38,501 nt of DNA from Kiritimatiellales bacterium (GTDB taxonomy: Bacteria > Verrucomicrobiota > Kiritimatiellia > Kiritimatiellales > Pontiellaceae). Where the stretch lies: the NCBI GenBank assembly GCA_030630445.1, contig DAOVNC010000001.1, positions 1-38,501 of the forward strand, written 5' to 3'. The notes below the pieces were generated by a model, which was not told where the DNA came from, made no database searches, and worked only from the letters and a program-made list of their open reading frames with translations. Position numbers and translations under genes: made by a program. This document shows positions 34,804 to 38,501 of the stretch, in pieces (position 1 is the stretch's first letter; each line of letters begins with the position of its first letter).

Positions 34804-37800
34804 ATGATGATCAGAACCCTGAAAGCAACCGTCGCATCCATTGCGTTGCTTGCCTTCGCCATGCCTTCCTCGGCGGCTTTGCTAACCTTTGACGGGGGCC
34901 CCCTAGGCACAGGCACAGCGGTCGGTACGGCCACGAACTGGGATCCCGATCAGATTCCTACCGCGTCGGACGACCTTGTTATTGGTGCAGCATTCTCAAC
35001 ATCAGGCAATCTGGGTGGCGGTGGCACACAAGCCAATTCGGTGCTGCTCCAGGGGTCGCACTCCAGCACGTGGGGACTGGTCGCCTGGATCATTGATGGC
35101 GGGTCGGTCACACTGGGTGGAGGGGGCGTCCCCTTTGGCGGTGCCGGGGATGCGAATCTGACCAATAACGGATCAATGACCTTTACGGCCAAGACCGCGT
35201 CGGAAGTCGTTTCCCAATACGCCGATGATATCTCGGTGGACGGGGCTGCATCTGTATTTGGGTCCGATCCCCTGGTTCAGGAGGTTGGAGATAATGCCTA
35301 TATGGTTGAAAATGGTTCTTCCGGCGGGGACAACGTGACGGTTTTCATGGTCTTTGACGAGGATACGGATGGCGACGGCCTGCCGGATGTCTGGGAAATC
35401 CACTATTTTGGAAATCTGGACCGCGATGGCACATTGGACTATGAGCCGGATGGATTGACCGAGATGGAGGAATACCTTCTCGATACCGACCCCGTGAATG
35501 CGGACAGCGACGGCGATACCCTGCTCGACGGTGCCGAAGTGACCGCCGGAACCAATCCTCTCAGCGACGACACGGACAACGACGGCCTCAAGGATAACGT
35601 TGAAACCGGAACCGGAACCTATGTTTCGCCGACCGACACCGGTACCGATCCGTTGAACGCCAATACGGATGGGGATCGTTTCAAGGATGGCGGCGAAGTG
35701 GCCAAGGGAACCGACCCTCATAATGCCAGCGACCAGCCGGATCTTCCGAACGTGATTTTTATTCTGGCCGACGATCTCGGGTATGGCGAAGTGGGGGTTT
35801 ATGGGCAGACCAAAATCCTGACGCCATCGCTCGATGCGCTTGCCGGAGGGGGGATGCGGTTTACCGACATGTATGCCCCTACGGCGGTATGCGCCCCTAC
35901 ACGCGGACAGCTGCTGACCGGGAAGCATGCCGGCCAGTGCTTTGTCCGCAATAACAGGGATATCGGCGGGCGCTTCCAGTTCCCTCTTCCCAAAGGGGCC
36001 TTTACGCTGGGAAATCTGATGCGGAACGCGGGCTACAGCACTTCCTGCATCGGGAAATGGGGATTGGGCAGCCCGACGGACGGGGCACCCTGGGACTTTG
36101 GGTTTGATCACTTCTTCGGATATCTGAGCCAATGGCAGGCGCACCACTACTATCCGGGCTACCTCTATCGAAATGACACCAAGGCTTTCTATAATCCCAC
36201 GGATGCCGCTTTGGCGGGTGCGACGCTGGATATTCCGGGTGCCAATAACAATGCCAAGATTGACAGGGACAACGACGGGAATGTCCACTCCCACGATGCC
36301 ATGAGCAAAGAGGCGCTGGAGTGGATTACCGCCCATCAGGACGAAGCCTTTTTCATGTACCTGGCCTTCCCGATTCCGCATACCTCCATCCAACCGCCCG
36401 CGCATATCGATGACCTGTCGGATGGCGATGGAATTGTGTTCGACAATACCGTTCGTACTGCGGTGGAGGAGTTCTATCCGGGGCAGCCCTTCGGAACCCC
36501 CATTTACCACGCGGGGTCGGCCGACTACACGCCGACGGATGACAAGCGCCACGAATATGCGGCCATGATCACCGCCATGGACCGCGATATTGGGCGGATC
36601 CTCGACCTGCTTACGTCGCTGGGTTTGCGCGACAACACGCTGATTGTCTTTACGTCCGATAATGGAACGACCTGGTTGGGCGAGGTGGACTATACCTATT
36701 TCGACTCCGTGGACGGACTGCTAGGGCTTAAGAATTCAACGCATGAAGGCGGGATTCGCGAACCGTTTATCGCCGCATGGCCGGGCCATATCCCGGCAGG
36801 AACCACTTCGGGTTTGATTGGGCTGTTTGATGACATCATGCCGACGCTGAGCGAGCTTACCGGCATTCCGCATCCGGCCGACGTGACCGGACGCTCCATC
36901 CTTCCCACCCTCTTGGGCCGGGATGAGGATCAGGTTATCCGTTCCCATCTGTACTGGGAGTTTAGTTCCGACGGCGGGTGGTCGCGTGCCGTGCGGGCTG
37001 GAGACCTTAAGCTGATGCGTGTACTCAATAAGACGACTGGAGATACCATCTCACTGGAGTTGTTCGACCTGGTTGCGGATCGGGCCGAGACCACCAACCT
37101 GGCTGGCAATCCGGCCTATGCCGATGATGTCGAACGCTTGCAGCGGTTCATGGACTCCAGCCACAGCCACAACAGCGACTTCTTCCGGCCGACCGATGAG
37201 TTCCAAATTCAAAGTGGGGTGGTGGTCAGTGCCTTGGGCAACGGTGTGCTGCTGGAGGGAACCGGGCATGGGGTCTCTCCCTTTGCGGAAGTAGTCGGCT
37301 CCAACTTTACCATTAAGGCCGAACTGCTGACCCAGTCGGTGGCGGGGCTCAACAATAGGGCTACCTTTGGAATAGGTGCCACCACCCAAGTTGCCCAGAT
37401 GCTGACGGTGGAAGCCGATGGTTCCACCCGGCAGCTTACGCTGGATTATCTGGGCGAGACGGCCTCGCTGGCCTATCCCGCGGAGTTCCCCACTGCCGGC
37501 ACCGTGTCGGTGGAAATCGAGGTGGAACCGGCTTTTAAACGCGTTACGCTGCATGCCGGAAGCTCCAGTGTCGTGCACACCTTTTCCACGTTCCCCGCCG
37601 CGTTCGGATACTATGCCTACATCGTGGACAATGCGCGCGCCGGATTCCAGCCGCTGGAGCTTGTCCTGCCGCTTCCTGCCGAGGCGGAGCTTAAGCTGTC
37701 GATTGCTCCATACCTCTCAACCATGCGGGCCACCTATCAGCGAACCGCGGATCTGGGCACGGACGATATCTGTGAATCCTCTACGGATCTCATGGCCTGG

Positions 37801-37923
37801 ACGACGGAGCGACCCATCCGGATCCAGCCCCGGAACCAGTTTGGGGGCATCGTGGATGTGGAGTTCGACATCCCCCCCTCGATCACCGAAAAAACCCTTT
37901 TCCTGCGTGCCTTGGTCGAGTAG
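34804..37923 (+). CDS. Secreted multidomain S1 sulfatase with TSP3-like Ca-binding repeats and C-terminal modules
   Basis: AAGGAG RBS before ATG 34804; signal peptide; repeated D-x-D-x-D-G..D..E...GTDP; PNVIFILADDLG, C-A-P-T-R..LLTG, GKWGLG and FTSDNG motifs; ends LFLRALVE. Confidence 0.92.
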   Translation: MMIRTLKATVASIALLAFAMPSSAALLTFDGGPLGTGTAVGTATNWDPDQIPTASDDLVIGAAFSTSGNLGGGGTQANSVLLQGSHSSTWGLVAWIIDGGSVTLGGGGVPFGGAGDANLTNNGSMTFTAKTASEVVSQYADDISVDGAASVFGSDPLVQEVGDNAYMVENGSSGGDNVTVFMVFDEDTDGDGLPDVWEIHYFGNLDRDGTLDYEPDGLTEMEEYLLDTDPVNADSDGDTLLDGAEVTAGTNPLSDDTDNDGLKDNVETGTGTYVSPTDTGTDPLNANTDGDRFKDGGEVAKGTDPHNASDQPDLPNVIFILADDLGYGEVGVYGQTKILTPSLDALAGGGMRFTDMYAPTAVCAPTRGQLLTGKHAGQCFVRNNRDIGGRFQFPLPKGAFTLGNLMRNAGYSTSCIGKWGLGSPTDGAPWDFGFDHFFGYLSQWQAHHYYPGYLYRNDTKAFYNPTDAALAGATLDIPGANNNAKIDRDNDGNVHSHDAMSKEALEWITAHQDEAFFMYLAFPIPHTSIQPPAHIDDLSDGDGIVFDNTVRTAVEEFYPGQPFGTPIYHAGSADYTPTDDKRHEYAAMITAMDRDIGRILDLLTSLGLRDNTLIVFTSDNGTTWLGEVDYTYFDSVDGLLGLKNSTHEGGIREPFIAAWPGHIPAGTTSGLIGLFDDIMPTLSELTGIPHPADVTGRSILPTLLGRDEDQVIRSHLYWEFSSDGGWSRAVRAGDLKLMRVLNKTTGDTISLELFDLVADRAETTNLAGNPAYADDVERLQRFMDSSHSHNSDFFRPTDEFQIQSGVVVSALGNGVLLEGTGHGVSPFAEVVGSNFTIKAELLTQSVAGLNNRATFGIGATTQVAQMLTVEADGSTRQLTLDYLGETASLAYPAEFPTAGTVSVEIEVEPAFKRVTLHAGSSSVVHTFSTFPAAFGYYAYIVDNARAGFQPLELVLPLPAEAELKLSIAPYLSTMRATYQRTADLGTDDICESSTDLMAWTTERPIRIQPRNQFGGIVDVEFDIPPSITEKTLFLRALVE

Positions 37924-37998
37924 CTTTCTACTGTTCCGACATAAATTATTGGACTCATAGGGGGGGGGTGATGGTTGCGAAGGAGGCGATAACGCGAC

Positions 37999-38121
37999 GG
38001 TGTAGAGAACGCTTCACCCCGGAGGGGAAAGCGTTGCCCTGCCGCAAAGCACCGCCTCCCTCCGGGTAGGCGGTCTCTACATTTTGGCTGATGATTCTCA
38101 ATCTTTATCCGCCGGATCTAT
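37999..38121 (+). repeat. GTAG-type REPIN subfamily A copy 2, with conserved 3' extension
   Basis: Direct repeat of 27253-27373, ending 5 nt before the ATG at 38127. Confidence 0.85.
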
Positions 38122-38126
38122 CGAAT

Positions 38127-38387
38127 ATGAATAATAAAACCATTCAGAACCTGTGCTTCCGTTTCCTTTATCCGTGCTTCTGTGTGCTGCTGGCAGTCGG
38201 TGCGTTCGCCCAGGAGATTCTCATTAGCGAGTTTGTGGCCGTCAACGAGGCGTCGCTGACCGATGGCGAGGGGGATGAGCCGGATTGGATCGAGCTGAAG
38301 AATACCGGGTATTCCTCGGTGGACCTAACCGGGTGGCATTTGACCGACGATGCGGGGGATCTGAACAAGTGGACCTTGCTCGTTTGA
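38127..38387 (+). pseudogene. Truncated secreted lamin-tail-domain (LTD) protein
   Basis: Signal peptide followed by 'ISEFVAVN...LTD..GD.PDWIELKN.G...VDLTGW.LTDD....KW'; stops mid-domain just upstream of an IS end. Confidence 0.8.
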
Positions 38388-38407
38388 GAAACTTTCAACT
38401 GCATTTT

Positions 38408-38501
38408 GTAACTACTCAGGTAGCGGCAACGTAGCCGGGCGGCCTCGAAACAATCCGGAAATCGATTCGAAGGCTCCAACCGCATTCTTCCGGGCGGTGC
38501 A
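38408..38501 (-). mobile_element. Right end of an IS66-family element (ISBst12-like), with transposase C-terminus
   Basis: The minus strand reads CTARKNAVGAFESISGLFRGRPATLPLPE* (38501-38412), like the IS66 'STARK.G....AL..LF.G.P' tail, followed by the terminal IR GTAACTACTCAG (IS66 IRs begin GTAA). Confidence 0.75.

Noticed and set aside
28364-36552. Long antisense ORFs (28364-29614, 31919-33028, 35173-36552; also 25857-26744 and 15058-15780)
   Set aside because: They are shadows of GC-rich sense genes, with no recognisable motifs or RBS.
37960-37968. G9 tract upstream of the LTD gene
   Set aside because: Not positioned between identifiable promoter elements; may be a sequencing homopolymer.
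27253-38121. Repeated GTGTAGAGA... units as a possible CRISPR array or integron attC sites
   Set aside because: Copies are kilobases apart, in mixed orientation, with no regular spacers, cas genes, integrase or GTTRRRY ends. They fit REP doublets better.

Overview
Chromosomal segment of a Gram-negative bacterium, probably a PVC-superphylum organism of the Kiritimatiellota (Pontiella-like). This taxonomy is inferred from protein style, not determined. From left to right: (i) an AT-rich type I restriction hsdR fragment abruptly fused to what looks like the 3' tail of rmlD; (ii) an LPS/surface-glycan cluster (rfbA, YrbL-like, GT25, pyruvyl transferase, QueC-like PP-loop protein, several glycosyltransferases, msbA-like ABC exporter, ELM1/GtrOC1-like, lpxL-like, lptF/G); (iii) large Alu-type SRP RNA-dnaX-ybaB-recR-tRNA-Asn, with a ~650-bp att-bounded element remnant at the tRNA; (iv) housekeeping genes (argC, metallophosphoesterase, MscS, DAHP synthase-chorismate mutase, cold-shock protein); (v) a locus with a XylR-type regulator, two S1 sulfatases and large modular secreted proteins sharing a C-terminal module, ending in a truncated lamin-tail-domain gene and the right end of an IS66. 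Non-coding structure is unusually rich: several REP/REPIN-like families, dispersed 7-10-bp tandem/inverted repeats that also invade coding sequence, a 41-bp promoter/operator motif in three copies, and two poly-A slippage sites in dnaX. All calls come from reading motifs by eye; no database searches were run.
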